Shown: positions 45,505 to 55,719 of the stretch, piece after piece | Numbering within the stretch: position 1 is the stretch's first letter | Layout of the letters: each line of letters starts with the position of its first letter | Assembly: GCA_965237575.1 (NCBI GenBank) | Contig: CBDEGI010000002.1 | Coordinates: 160,424 to 224,423 of the forward strand | Direction: 5' to 3' | DNA from: Bryobacterales bacterium | Lineage (GTDB): Bacteria > Acidobacteriota > Terriglobia > Bryobacterales > UBA6623 | DNA length: 64,000 nucleotides | Program-made: the position numbers and the translations under genes | Notes under the pieces: model-generated | The model's database searches: none | Told to the model about the DNA's origin: nothing | The model's input: the letters and a program-made list of their open reading frames with translations, nothing else

Positions 45505-46845
45505 ATGAAACGAAGCTACGCAGGTTGGCTGGTGCGGATGCTGCTGCCGCTGCTAGGGGCTCTGGCCTGCTACGGGCAATCCCCGAAAGTCATTCAGGTT
45601 GACGTTGAACACGTCATCCACCCGCTGACGGTCGAAATCGTCTCGCAGGCCACCGCCCAGGCAAAGGAAGAAGGCGCAGCCGCTGTGTTGATCCGCTTGA
45701 ACACGCCCGGCGGTTTACTCTCGGCTACGCAGGAGGTGATCCAAGCCATCGTTGCGTCCGAGGTGCCGGTGATCACCTACGTTGCGCCCAGCGGCGGCCG
45801 GGCGGCCTCGGCGGGCTTCATGATTTTGATCGCGGGCGACGTGGCCGCCATGGCCCCCGGTACCAACAGCGGGGCGGCGCATCCGGTGCTCATGGGCGGT
45901 GAGATGGACGAGATCATGAAGCAGAAGGTCGAGAACGACGCGGCGGCTTCTGTTCGCGCCATGGCTGACAAGCGCGGACGAAATCCCGAACTGGCCGAAA
46001 AAGCGGTGATCGAGAGCAAGTCATTTACCGAGCAAGAAGCTCTCGAGGCGAAGCTCATCGATCTGGTCGCCGACAATCCCGCCGCTCTTCTCGCGGCGCT
46101 CGACGGCAAAGCCATCACGCGTTTTGACGGGGACGAAGTGACGCTGTCGCTTACCGGAGCCAGCATTACGACCTTCGAGTTGAGCTACCGGCAGACGATC
46201 CTGCTGTCGCTAATCAATCCCAATCTGGCCTTCATCCTGCTGATTTTGGGCCTGGTGGGAATCTACGTGGAATTTACGCACCCGGGGTTGATCGTACCCG
46301 GTGTGGCGGGCGGGATTTTGGTCATTCTCGGCGCCATGGCGTTGACACTGTTGCCGATCAACTGGGCGGGCGCGGCGCTGATTTTGCTAGGGCTGGCCTG
46401 TTTCATCCTCGAAGCTACCATACCCTCGGGCGGCATTCTCGCCGGGGGAGGGGTGATCGCCATGGTCTTGGGGACCGTCATGCTGGTCGACACTGAGGTT
46501 CCAGAACTCTCCATCAGTTGGACGACGGCCATCGGTGTGACCTTGCCGTTTGCGGCGATCACGGTGTTCCTGTTGCAGCTTGCGGTCAAGTCGTTTCGCT
46601 ACAAAGTTGCCACCGGCTCGGAAGGGATGGTCGGCGAGACGGGTGTGGCAAAGAGCGACGTACACGACGCCGGCCGCGTGTTCGTGCATGGAGAATGGTG
46701 GAACGCCCGCTCTGATGAACCGATCCGCGAGGGAGCGCCGATCGAGGTAGTGAGCATGGACGGGTTGCTGCTCACGGTGCAAGCGAAAAACAGCGGCCAC
46801 GCGCAGCCCCCCGCGACGGATGCAAGTTCGGCGGACGCCGCTTAG
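45505..46845 (+). CDS. NfeD-family membrane-bound ClpP-class serine protease
   Basis: MKRSYAGWLVRMLLPLLGALACYG is the signal. LIRLNTPGGLLSATQEVIQAI...SGGRAASAGFMILIAGDVAAMAPGTN is the ClpP-like part. Several TM segments follow, then the C-terminal OB-fold VFVHGEWWNARSDEPIREGAPIEVVSMDGLLLTV. Confidence 0.85.
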   Translation: MKRSYAGWLVRMLLPLLGALACYGQSPKVIQVDVEHVIHPLTVEIVSQATAQAKEEGAAAVLIRLNTPGGLLSATQEVIQAIVASEVPVITYVAPSGGRAASAGFMILIAGDVAAMAPGTNSGAAHPVLMGGEMDEIMKQKVENDAAASVRAMADKRGRNPELAEKAVIESKSFTEQEALEAKLIDLVADNPAALLAALDGKAITRFDGDEVTLSLTGASITTFELSYRQTILLSLINPNLAFILLILGLVGIYVEFTHPGLIVPGVAGGILVILGAMALTLLPINWAGAALILLGLACFILEATIPSGGILAGGGVIAMVLGTVMLVDTEVPELSISWTTAIGVTLPFAAITVFLLQLAVKSFRYKVATGSEGMVGETGVAKSDVHDAGRVFVHGEWWNARSDEPIREGAPIEVVSMDGLLLTVQAKNSGHAQPPATDASSADAA

Positions 46846-46868
46846 TAGCCCGTTGAACAAGGGAAGGC

Positions 46869-46894
46869 GGGCACGGCATGCCGTGCCCCTACAT
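46869..46894. repeat. intergenic palindromic element, copy C
   Basis: GGGCACGGCATGCCGTGCCC + CTACAT, preceded by GGAAGGC, lies between the nfeD-like stop and the SPFH start. Confidence 0.9.
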
Positions 46895-46931
46895 CGCGAC
46901 CTGACCGGCAGGCGAATCTAGGAGGACAACG

Positions 46932-47735
46932 ATGGGATTCTTCAATGTGTACTGGCTGTTTCTCTTCATCATCATTCTGTATCTGATCAACTGCATCAAG
47001 ATTCTGCCGGAGTACGAGCGCGGCGTCATCTTTCGTCTGGGGCGCCTGCTCCCGAGCCCGAAGGGGCCCGGCCTGGTGCTGGTGTTCGCGCCGATCGACC
47101 GGATCGTGCGCATCTCGCTGCGCGTCGAGACGATGGATGTGCCGCCGCAAGACGTCGTGACGCGCGACAACGTCACGGTCAAGGTGAGCGCGGTGGTCTT
47201 CTTCCGCGTGCTCGACCCGGCCAAGGCCGTCGTCGAGGTCTCTCATTACGTTCACGCGACATCGCAGCTCGCGCAGACGCGGTTGCGGGCGATTCTGGGC
47301 GAGGCGGATCTTGATGAGTTGCTCAGTCAAAGGGAGAAGCTGAACGCGCGTGTTCAGGCTACGCTCGACGAGCAGACGGAGCCCTGGGGAGTCAAAGTGC
47401 AGGCGGTCGAGGTCAAGAACGTCGACCTGCCCGAGCAGATGATCCGCGCCATTGCGCGCCAAGCCGAAGCCGAGCGTGAGCGGCGCGCCAAGGTGATCCA
47501 CGCCGAGGGCGAGATGCAGGCCGCCGGGAAGTTGACGGAAGCGGCGAAGTTGCTTGCCAGTCAGCCGACTTCGGTTACGCTACGCTACCTCCAAACCCTG
47601 AACGAAATCGGCACCGAAAAGAACACTACCATTGTGTTCCCGTTGCCGATCGACCTGTTCCGCGGCCTCAGCCACTGGGCGGCCAAGCTGGGCGACGAGG
47701 CGGATGAAGGAAGCGGTCCTGGATCGCCCGGATGA
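46932..47735 (+). CDS. SPFH/band-7 (stomatin/slipin-like) protein
   Basis: [45 protein letters not shown] and ...[14 protein letters not shown]... are present. The gene is paired with the upstream NfeD gene, as is common. Confidence 0.9.
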   Translation: MGFFNVYWLFLFIIILYLINCIKILPEYERGVIFRLGRLLPSPKGPGLVLVFAPIDRIVRISLRVETMDVPPQDVVTRDNVTVKVSAVVFFRVLDPAKAVVEVSHYVHATSQLAQTRLRAILGEADLDELLSQREKLNARVQATLDEQTEPWGVKVQAVEVKNVDLPEQMIRAIARQAEAERERRAKVIHAEGEMQAAGKLTEAAKLLASQPTSVTLRYLQTLNEIGTEKNTTIVFPLPIDLFRGLSHWAAKLGDEADEGSGPGSPG

Positions 47736-47783
47736 TCCGGGCAGGTGTAACTTAAAACAAAGTCGGGGTAGAATGTTAGGTAT

Positions 47784-48410
47784 ATGCCCCCCCGAGAACA
47801 GGAAGAGTTTGAGTTGGTACTCGGGAACAAGCAGCTCCTGAGTCTGTTTTTCGTTGTCGTCGTCCTGTTTGCGATCTTCTTCTCTTTCGGCTACACCGTC
47901 GGGTTTGGCCGAGGCCAGCACGAGCGCGCGGCCACGATCGCAGAGGCGGACACGGTTCCCAAGGAGTCCGAGGGTGTTCGGATTCCCGACGCGTTGCTCG
48001 AAGACGCTCTCAAGGAGCCGGTTGCTGCTCCGCAGAGGGCGGCGCCCGCGCCGGCTACGGTGCACAATGAGCCGGCACCCGCGCGTAGCGTTCGACCCGA
48101 GCCGGAGACGAGACCTAAACCACCGCCCACCGCTTCGCGGCCGAAACCGCAGCCGGCGGCCAGCGGCGGTAGTGGCGCGGCCGTTGCCCGGTCGATTCAC
48201 ATCCAGGTGGCAGCCATGCGGGTTCGCGCCGATGCCCAGATGCTGGTTAGTAAGCTGCGGGCCAAGAAGTATCCCGTGGTGCTCTATGACCAGGCGGGCG
48301 ACGGCTGGCATCGTGTGGTGATCGGGCCGTTTCCCAATGACGCATCGGCTAAGGCGTCACAGAAGAAGCTCGCCGCCGACGGGTACAAGACGATCCTGCG
48401 GCGTCCGTAG
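47784..48410 (+). CDS. SPOR-domain protein (one TM segment, Pro/Ala-rich linker)
   Basis: The C-terminus IHIQVAAMRVRADAQMLVSKLRAKKYPVVLYDQAGDGWHRVVIGPFPNDASAKASQKKLAADGYKTIL is a typical SPOR domain. Confidence 0.8.
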   Translation: MPPREQEEFELVLGNKQLLSLFFVVVVLFAIFFSFGYTVGFGRGQHERAATIAEADTVPKESEGVRIPDALLEDALKEPVAAPQRAAPAPATVHNEPAPARSVRPEPETRPKPPPTASRPKPQPAASGGSGAAVARSIHIQVAAMRVRADAQMLVSKLRAKKYPVVLYDQAGDGWHRVVIGPFPNDASAKASQKKLAADGYKTILRRP

Positions 48411-48502
48411 CCGGAGGTGATCGCGCTGACGGAGCCGCGCCCGGTTCGGGCGTGGGACGCGGGGCTGACTCCCGCGGCTCTGGCCGTCTTGCTGTTGCAT
48501 AC

Positions 48503-49489
48503 ATGCTGTCTCCGACCGACCCGCTGGTTTGGATTCAACCCGCCCCAGAGGCATACCGGGACGCGCGTCTGGACCCGCGCGTGGACGCACGTCTACCGCC
48601 GCGCCTACCCCCATGGCTCCGCAAGGGCCATACCAACTTCACGGCGCTTCACGATCTAAAGGTCGAGCTGCGGCAGCGGAACCTCCACACCGTTTGTGAG
48701 TCGGCGCGTTGTCCCAACATCCACGAGTGCTTCAGTCGCAAGGCGGCAACGTTCATGATCCTGGGCAACATCTGCACGCGTCGCTGCGGGTTTTGCGCTG
48801 TCCCGCAGGGCCTGCCTGAAGCGCTTGACCGGGATGAGCCGCAAAACGTCGCCGAGATGGCCGCGCGGATGGAGCTGCGCTACGTGGTCATCACCAGCGT
48901 CAACCGCGACGACCTGGCTGATGGAGGCTCGGTACACTTCGCGGAGACGGTACGCCAGGTACGCCGGGCGCTGCCGGCGGCACGGGTCGAAGTGCTCACG
49001 CCTGACTTTCTGGGCGATCACGACGCCGTCGCGCGTGTGCTCGATGCGGGCCCAGACGTTTTCAACCACAACATGGAGACCGTGGCGCGGCTCTATCGGC
49101 GCGTACGGCCGCAGGCGAACTACCGCCAATCGCTCGACGTGCTGGCCTTCGCGCGGCGGCACACGCCGAGCGTTCTGAGCAAGTCGGGCCTCATGGTCGG
49201 CTTGGGCGAAACGGCCGCCGAGGTCGAGCAACTGCTGCGCGATCTGCGCGATGCCGACACCGACATAGCGACGATCGGCCAGTACCTGCAGCCGACCCGG
49301 AGGCGCTTGCCGGTGGAGGAGTACATTCGGCCGGAGGTCTTCGACAGCTATCGCGCCTATGGCGAGTGGATCGGCTTCAAGTCGGTCTTCAGCGGCCCGT
49401 TGGTTCGTAGCTCCTACATGGCCGACGAAGTCAACGAGGACGCCGCCGGCCGCGATACTCCAGGCAGCGCCGCCGGAGCGGTCACTTGA
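48503..49489 (+). CDS. lipA: lipoyl synthase
   Basis: LHTVCESARCPNIHECF, ATFMILGNICTRRCGFCAV, VITSVNRDDL and SGLMVGLGE are LipA signatures. I prefer ATG 48503 to the track start 48452. Confidence 0.9.
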   Translation: MLSPTDPLVWIQPAPEAYRDARLDPRVDARLPPRLPPWLRKGHTNFTALHDLKVELRQRNLHTVCESARCPNIHECFSRKAATFMILGNICTRRCGFCAVPQGLPEALDRDEPQNVAEMAARMELRYVVITSVNRDDLADGGSVHFAETVRQVRRALPAARVEVLTPDFLGDHDAVARVLDAGPDVFNHNMETVARLYRRVRPQANYRQSLDVLAFARRHTPSVLSKSGLMVGLGETAAEVEQLLRDLRDADTDIATIGQYLQPTRRRLPVEEYIRPEVFDSYRAYGEWIGFKSVFSGPLVRSSYMADEVNEDAAGRDTPGSAAGAVT

Positions 49490-50994
49490 GATTCCGGGGG
49501 CCCCTGCCCTCCTACCTCCTCGCTGCCGCCGCCGGGATCCTGCAAGTCCTGACCTTCCCGCGCTTTGGATTTTCATTCTTGGCCGCGGTTGCCGTGGCGC
49601 CGCTTCTCGTGGCGGTGGCGAGCGAACCACGTGCACGTACGAGATTTCTGCTCGGCTGGTTGGCCGGCGTCATCTTCTGGGGTGGGACCTGCTATTGGAT
49701 CTACGACGTCATGCACCGCTACGCCCACCTGCCGGCCGTGGCGGCGGCAGCGATATTCGGTGGTTTTTTCATCTTCAAAGGCCTGCACTTGGGGGCGTTT
49801 TCACTGATCGCCGCGCCGCTGATGACGCGTTGGTGGGCAGTGCCGGCCGTGGCGGCGGCGTGGGTGGCGCTGGAAGGCAGCCATCAGTACTTGGCGTTCA
49901 CGTGGCTTCAGCTAGGTAACGCCGGGATTGATTTGCCGTTGGTCGCTCGGGCCGCGCCCTATGCAGGGGTGTACGGGGTTTCGTTTCTGCTCGCGATGGT
50001 GAATGTTGCCCTGGCAATTCTCGTGTTGCGGCGGCGAGCAGTCCGTGAGTTGGCCTGGCTTGTTGTTCTGCCTGGCTTTCTGTTGTTGTCGCCGTTACCG
50101 AGCGAGGCCGAGGGACAAGAAACGGTCCGGCTTGTACAACCGAACTTCCACCCCGACGAGATCATCGAGCACGGGTGGGACCCGATTCGCCAAGCCACCC
50201 ATTGGGAAACGATGGAGGTGCTCTCGACCACCGTTGCCGAGGCGATCGACCCGTCAACCCCGGCGCTCGTGGTTTGGCCCGAGTACTCGGCGCCGAGCTT
50301 TTATTCTCGTGACGCTCGCTTCCGGCACTACGTGGAGGGGATGGCGCGCAAGCTCGGCACGCCGCTGATTTTGAACTCGGTCGAGTACCTGCCGTCGAAT
50401 GGACGCCGGCCGCTCAACAGCGCGATCACGCTCGACTCGCGCGGAGACTTCGTCTCGCGCTACAGCAAGATCTTTCGGGTGCCGTTCGGGGAGTTCGTGC
50501 CCTGGCCCTTTTCGTTGTTCATCGACAAGATTACTCTCGATGCAGGCGACTTCCTGGCGGGCGATGAGGTCGTCGTGAGCAAGCTCAACGGTCATCGTGT
50601 GGGTACGTTCATCTGCTACGAGTCGGTCTTCGCGCGCGGTGTGCGGCGGTTCACGGCGGGCGGCGCGGAGGTGCTCGTCAATATTTCGAACGATAGTTGG
50701 TACGGACACACCGCGGCGCGTCACCAGCACCTGTTGATCGCGCGGATGCGGGCGGTCGAGAACGCCCGATGGCTGTTGCGTGCAACAAACGACGGCATCA
50801 CCTCGGTGATCGATCCGGCGGGACGGGTGACGGCGTCGCTGCCGTCGTTCGAGCAGAGTGTGTTGGTCGCCAAGTTTGATTACTCCTCGCAGGTCACGGG
50901 GTTTGTACGGTTTGGCGAGTGGTTTTGGGGGTTGACGGTGGTCGTGACGTTGGCGTTGGTTTTGGTTGGGCGAAGGCGATCCCCAAAGGCGTAG
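49486..50994 (+). CDS. lnt: apolipoprotein N-acyltransferase
   Basis: There is a polytopic N-terminus, then a nitrilase-like domain with VVWPEYSAP, FICYESVF and NISNDSWYGHTAARHQH. The TTG start overlaps the lipA stop (TTGA). Confidence 0.85.
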   Translation: MRFRGPLPSYLLAAAAGILQVLTFPRFGFSFLAAVAVAPLLVAVASEPRARTRFLLGWLAGVIFWGGTCYWIYDVMHRYAHLPAVAAAAIFGGFFIFKGLHLGAFSLIAAPLMTRWWAVPAVAAAWVALEGSHQYLAFTWLQLGNAGIDLPLVARAAPYAGVYGVSFLLAMVNVALAILVLRRRAVRELAWLVVLPGFLLLSPLPSEAEGQETVRLVQPNFHPDEIIEHGWDPIRQATHWETMEVLSTTVAEAIDPSTPALVVWPEYSAPSFYSRDARFRHYVEGMARKLGTPLILNSVEYLPSNGRRPLNSAITLDSRGDFVSRYSKIFRVPFGEFVPWPFSLFIDKITLDAGDFLAGDEVVVSKLNGHRVGTFICYESVFARGVRRFTAGGAEVLVNISNDSWYGHTAARHQHLLIARMRAVENARWLLRATNDGITSVIDPAGRVTASLPSFEQSVLVAKFDYSSQVTGFVRFGEWFWGLTVVVTLALVLVGRRRSPKA

Positions 50995-51212
50995 GTGCCC
51001 AACCCAGCACTCAGAGCCGCAGGCATGAGCCTGCGATGAAGTGCTTCTGCTTGCCACGGCGATCGCTGTTCGGCAACGACCTCTTCGGCCATAGCATCTC
51101 AACGCAGGCTCACGCCTGCGGCTCTAAGTGGCGACTCGAGCGGGTAAGCCTTGCCGGGCTCGGCGATTTTTCGGGTTTTCCGCGGACAGCCCGCTGCGCT
51201 AAAGTCAAGTGA

Positions 51213-53393
51213 ATGCGCCGCTTCCCGCTGTGGCTGGTCCTGTTGGGGGTTGCCCCCGGCGTAGTCCTGCCTGTGTCGGCGCAGTTGGACGCCACGAAGC
51301 CGTTTGACGTTTGGGCGTTGCAGCGCATCGCGCGGGTTTCCGAGCCGCAACTCTCGCCTGACGGCTCGACCCTGGCCTTCGTCGTCGAGCGCGTCCTGCT
51401 GTCGGACAACCGCAAAGAGAAGCACATCTATACCGTGCCGCTCGAAGGGGGCGCGCCGAGCCAACTCACCTACGACGGCAAATCAAACCGCCGTCCGCGT
51501 TGGTCGCCGGATTCGACTCACATTGCGTTCGTCTCGGACCGCTCGGACTCGTCGCAGATCTGGATCATGGAGGCGGACGGCAGCCGTCCGCGGCAGGTCA
51601 CCAACCTGGCGACCGAGGCCGGCGGAGTGCTGTTTGCGCCCGACGGGGAGCACGTGCTTTTCACGAGCCGCATCGTGCCGGAGTGCGGCGACGAATGGGA
51701 ATGCAACAAGCGTGTACTTGAGGAGCGCGAGCAAGACCCGGTCAAGGCGCGAACCTACGACCGCCTGCTCTATCGCCGCTGGGATCACTGGGACGACGGC
51801 CGCCAGGGACATCTGTTCTTGATTGATCTCGAAGGCGGAGAGCCGCGCGACCTCACACCCCGCAGCCACGACATTCCGCCTTTCTCTTTGGGCGGCCCCG
51901 ACGCCTACGATATCTCGCCTGACGGCCAGGAAGTCTGTTTCGCCATGGCGGTCGGCGAGGACCGGGCGACCAACACCAACCTCGATCTCTTCGTCGTCTC
52001 GATCGAGGGTGGCGAGCCGGTGTCGATCGTGAGCGGCCCGGCGGCGGAGACTTCGCCGCGGTACTCACCCGACGGTCGGTCGATCGCGTTTCGCGGGCAG
52101 GTACGTCCCGGTTACGAGTCGGACCGCTACCGCCTGATGGTCTACAGCCGACCGACATCGGAGGTCGCCAATCTCACCGAGAGCTTCGATCGTTGGGTCT
52201 CGGAAGTCGCATGGTCGCCCGACTCGTCGCGTCTTTTCTTCACCGCCGAAGATCGCGGCGGCGGGCCGATCTTTACCGTTCCGGCAGGCGGCGGCGGCCT
52301 GAAGTCGGTGGTGTTCGGTGACGCGCACCACGGCGACATTCAACTGACGCCCGATGGCCGCTCGATCGTATACAGCGTCCAGAGCGCCTCGCATCCGACG
52401 GAGGTTTTTCGCGGCTTTGCTTCCGGCGGGCCGGCCGTTCCACTGACGCGCCTCAACGATGACCTGATGAGCGAGTATGCGATCGATTCGCCGGAAGAGA
52501 TTTCCTACGAGAGCATTGACGGCACGACCATTCACGGATTTCTCGTTAAGCCGCCGGGGTTCGACTTCGAGCGCAAGTACCCGTTGCTGCTGCTGATCCA
52601 CGGCGGGCCGCAGGGGGCCTGGGGACAAAAGTGGAGCTACCGGTGGAACCCGCAGGTGTTCGCCGGGGCGGGTTACGTCGTGTTCATGCCGAACCCGCGC
52701 GGCTCGACCGGCTATGGACAAACGTTAACCGACGCCATCAACGGCGACTGGGGCGGGCTGGTCTACGAGGACATCATGGCGGGGCTGGACTACGTGTTGC
52801 GGCGGCCCTACGCCGATTCCGGGAAGCTGACGGCGGCGGGGGCGTCGTATGGCGGGTACATGATCAACTGGATGCTCGGCCGCACCGACCGCTTCCGGGC
52901 CTTCGTCTCGCACGCGGGGGTGTACGACCTGCCGAGCATGTTCGGGTCGACGGAAGAGCTGTGGTTCCCGATCTGGGAATTCAACGGCACGCCTTGGGAG
53001 AACCCGGAGATGTATCAGCGTTGGTCGCCGAGCCAATTCGCTAATCGCTTCAAGACGCCGACGCTGGTGATTCACGGTGAGAAGGACTATCGCGTGCCCG
53101 TGACGCAGGCGATGCAGCTTTTCACGGCTCTGCAGTTGCGCAAGGTGCCGTCAAAGTTTCTCCACTTCCCCGACGAGGGGCATTGGATACTCAAGCCGCG
53201 CAACAGCGTTCATTGGTATCAGAGCGTGATCGCGTGGCTGGACGAGTGGATCGCGCGGCCGCATCGGCCGGTGGAGCCACCGGTCTACCGTCGCGATATG
53301 GAACGGGAGGAGACGCCCCCGGCAGACGGCGGTCCCACGGCCGCAACCGACCGTGGAAACGATGTGGGTGCGGCGCGCGGCGCGCGGCCGTAG
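51213..53393 (+). CDS. S9-family serine peptidase (prolyl oligopeptidase/acylaminoacyl-peptidase type), exported
   Basis: The N-terminal propeller has repeated SPDG units. The C-terminal hydrolase part has LLLIHGGPQG, the GASYGGYM nucleophile elbow, and HGEKDYRVP...FPDEGHW. Confidence 0.9.
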   Translation: MRRFPLWLVLLGVAPGVVLPVSAQLDATKPFDVWALQRIARVSEPQLSPDGSTLAFVVERVLLSDNRKEKHIYTVPLEGGAPSQLTYDGKSNRRPRWSPDSTHIAFVSDRSDSSQIWIMEADGSRPRQVTNLATEAGGVLFAPDGEHVLFTSRIVPECGDEWECNKRVLEEREQDPVKARTYDRLLYRRWDHWDDGRQGHLFLIDLEGGEPRDLTPRSHDIPPFSLGGPDAYDISPDGQEVCFAMAVGEDRATNTNLDLFVVSIEGGEPVSIVSGPAAETSPRYSPDGRSIAFRGQVRPGYESDRYRLMVYSRPTSEVANLTESFDRWVSEVAWSPDSSRLFFTAEDRGGGPIFTVPAGGGGLKSVVFGDAHHGDIQLTPDGRSIVYSVQSASHPTEVFRGFASGGPAVPLTRLNDDLMSEYAIDSPEEISYESIDGTTIHGFLVKPPGFDFERKYPLLLLIHGGPQGAWGQKWSYRWNPQVFAGAGYVVFMPNPRGSTGYGQTLTDAINGDWGGLVYEDIMAGLDYVLRRPYADSGKLTAAGASYGGYMINWMLGRTDRFRAFVSHAGVYDLPSMFGSTEELWFPIWEFNGTPWENPEMYQRWSPSQFANRFKTPTLVIHGEKDYRVPVTQAMQLFTALQLRKVPSKFLHFPDEGHWILKPRNSVHWYQSVIAWLDEWIARPHRPVEPPVYRRDMEREETPPADGGPTAATDRGNDVGAARGARP

Positions 53394-53545
53394 GCGCGGA
53401 TCGCAAGAATACCTGCCGATACCGCGTCCTGCTCTTACTCCTTCGCCCGCACCGTTCCTGGCGTGGGTCTCGCCTGGCAGATCCGCGGCTGCCGGGCGGC
53501 GGCCTCCAGCCGGCTCGCAGCGGCCTGGACTACACTCACAGAGCC

Positions 53546-55321
53546 ATGAAAGAAACCAGCTACTGGCAGCGAACCGACTCGTTCGATGAAAAGATGCGCT
53601 TGCTGACCGAGGCGTATCGCAACAAAGACTACCGCGTGGCGCGGTCGATCGGCGATTCGCTGCGGCACTCGTTGACCCTCGAGCAGCAACAGCAAGCCCC
53701 GCTTGGCGAGACGGTCCTCGGCGCAGAGTCAGACATGCCCGTCGCCGAGCTGCCGGCGCCGTGGCGGGATTGGGCGCGGGGCTGGTCGTACGTCCGAGTC
53801 TTGGCGCTTGACGAGACGGCGAACGCGACCCGCTCGGGCGAGCCGATCGAGTTGGTCGTGTCGGTTCTCGTGGATCGCGTATCGTCGCTGCGGCGCGAGG
53901 TGCGCGTCGCTCGGATCGACGGCTCGGTGCTGCGCGAGGTTCGCAGCCAGGTCGATGAAGAAGTCCGCCGCGGGGGCGAGCGTCAATGCCGCCTAACCTT
54001 TTTCGCCAACGCTCCGGCCCACCAGCGCTCCTATTGGCTCGTCTTTTACGGAAACCCCGACGCCGAGTTGCCTCGCTACCCCAGCGACCTCGAAATCAAC
54101 GGCGAGGGCTTCCAACTCGACTTTGAGAACGAATACTTTCGCGGCAAGCTGTCTGAGCAAATGGGCCAACTCGAGCGCCTCACCTACAAGCGCGAGCACG
54201 GCCTCGAACTCTTCGCCGGCGGCGAGGGGCATGGCGAGCCGCCCGGCATCGACTGGGCGCACGACTACGTCACGTCGGGCAACTTCCAGAAACTGCGAGT
54301 GACGAACTGGCCCACCGTGCCCGACTACGAGGTCTTCCGGGGCCCGTTGTCTCTCACCGTACGACGCTGGGGCTTCCCGTACTCGACCGTGCATCCGCTG
54401 TTCTCGCCGGCCCGCATGAACGTGTTTGTCGAGTACCGCTTCTATGCCGGAACGCCGTGGTTCGTGAAGGTCGGGTCGATGCAGGTGATCAAAGACATCG
54501 AGATCGGCTACCTGCGCGACGACGAGTGGGTGTTTTCCGGCATGTCGTTCACCGACACGGTCTGGATGGGTCCCGACGGCAAGCTGCATCGCGGCGAGGT
54601 TGCGGACGGGCGGCAGGAAGACCTATGGTCGGTCGGCTTCATCAATCCGCAGACCGAGGACGCGTTTATCGTGCTCTTCCTCGATCACTCGGTCGAGAAC
54701 CGCAACGACCTCAAGCACGGTGGCGCGCCGCTGTTCTATTACAAGTGGCACGGGCACGTTTGGAGCCGGGCGCTCTATCACGGCGAAACGTTGCGGGCCG
54801 GGACCGTGCTGCGCCAGCGGAACGCCTACTTGACGATGCCGTTCAGCGAGCAGGAAGGCCCCGGTATGGTGGAGGGTATGCGTCACCGGTTGATGAACCC
54901 GCTTGCGCCGTCGGTCGCCGACCTGCCTGCCGGCCTGAGCGCTACGGCCCCAAACGGACGGCTGGCGCGTCCGGGCGAGGCGGGCGACAGCCCGATCTCG
55001 AAGCGTCTGCTGTGGGACGCGCTTGCCACCTGCCAGGACGAGCAACTCTACGCGGCGCGTCCGAGCGTGCTCGACCTGGGGTTGGTGTACGACCTGCGGG
55101 TGCGCGGCGACGTCGTTCACGTGCTGATGGCGATGCCGCATCGCGGGCGGCCGCGACTCGGCTACTTCTCGTATGGCTCGGGTGGTAATTCGACGCCTGT
55201 GCGTACGCAGTTGTTGAAGGTGCCGGGCGTGCGAAAGGTGGTCGTTGAACAGACTTGGAACCCGCCTTGGGACGCCAACCGCCTGACCGATGAGGGGCGG
55301 CGGAAGTTGGGCATACCGTAG
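53546..55321 (+). CDS. hypothetical ~500-aa domain fused to a C-terminal DUF59 (MIP18/PaaD-like) domain
   Basis: I chose ATG 53546 (MKETSYWQ...), because the longer track ORF overlaps the peptidase gene. The C-terminus VLDLGLVYDLRVRGDVVHVLMAMPHRG...VPGVRKVVVEQTWNPPWDANRLTDEGRRKLGI fits the DUF59 pattern. I do not recognise the N-terminal part. Confidence 0.65.
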   Translation: MKETSYWQRTDSFDEKMRLLTEAYRNKDYRVARSIGDSLRHSLTLEQQQQAPLGETVLGAESDMPVAELPAPWRDWARGWSYVRVLALDETANATRSGEPIELVVSVLVDRVSSLRREVRVARIDGSVLREVRSQVDEEVRRGGERQCRLTFFANAPAHQRSYWLVFYGNPDAELPRYPSDLEINGEGFQLDFENEYFRGKLSEQMGQLERLTYKREHGLELFAGGEGHGEPPGIDWAHDYVTSGNFQKLRVTNWPTVPDYEVFRGPLSLTVRRWGFPYSTVHPLFSPARMNVFVEYRFYAGTPWFVKVGSMQVIKDIEIGYLRDDEWVFSGMSFTDTVWMGPDGKLHRGEVADGRQEDLWSVGFINPQTEDAFIVLFLDHSVENRNDLKHGGAPLFYYKWHGHVWSRALYHGETLRAGTVLRQRNAYLTMPFSEQEGPGMVEGMRHRLMNPLAPSVADLPAGLSATAPNGRLARPGEAGDSPISKRLLWDALATCQDEQLYAARPSVLDLGLVYDLRVRGDVVHVLMAMPHRGRPRLGYFSYGSGGNSTPVRTQLLKVPGVRKVVVEQTWNPPWDANRLTDEGRRKLGIP

Positions 55322-55350
55322 GGTGGTGTGCATGCTAGTTTTGGCATATA

Positions 55351-55719
55351 ATGGAAGTTGTGCCGGAGCAGCCGCGACGACTCGTATGGCTCGTCGATAC
55401 GCTCGATGTCCTGCGAGGCTTCGCTACCGGTGTGAGGCAGAAGATTGGCTTTGCCCTTTACCAAGCTCAGGTCGGTGACACGCACGAGACCGCCAAGCCC
55501 ATGCACGGTTTCGGTGCGCCGGTATGGGAGGTCCGCGCTGACGATCGGAGCGGAACCTACCGGGTCGTGTATGTCGTTCACCTGCGCGACGCCGTCTACG
55601 TCTTGCACGCGTTTCAGAAGAAGTCGAAGTCAGGCGTATCGACCCCGAAGCGAGAGCTAGACCTAATCAAGCAACGACTCAAGCTGGCCCGGAAACTCGC
55701 GGACGAGGGAAAGGATTGA
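55351..55719 (+). CDS. Gp49/HigB-like toxin (RelE/ParE superfamily)
   Basis: ...VWEVRADDRSGTYRVVYVVHLRDAVYVLHAFQKKSKSGVSTPKRELDLIKQRLK is the Gp49-like (DUF891) signature. There is a 4-nt overlap with the next ORF. Confidence 0.75.
   Translation: MEVVPEQPRRLVWLVDTLDVLRGFATGVRQKIGFALYQAQVGDTHETAKPMHGFGAPVWEVRADDRSGTYRVVYVVHLRDAVYVLHAFQKKSKSGVSTPKRELDLIKQRLKLARKLADEGKD

Noticed and set aside
17504-46894. The three palindromic elements as a CRISPR array
   Set aside because: The copies are 13-16 kb apart in separate intergenic regions and one is inverted. There are no regularly spaced repeats and no cas genes.
47745-47775. Sigma70-like promoter (TAGAAT at 47769-47774) upstream of the SPOR gene
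   Set aside because: There is a good -10-like hexamer, but no acceptable -35 at 16-18 bp spacing. Promoter consensus in this phylum is uncertain, so there is too little support to list it as a feature.
53183-53545. N-terminal 121 codons of the listed 712-aa ORF
   Set aside because: This part overlaps the 3' end of the S9 peptidase gene in another frame and is Arg/Ala-rich. The protein-like sequence starts at ATG 53546.
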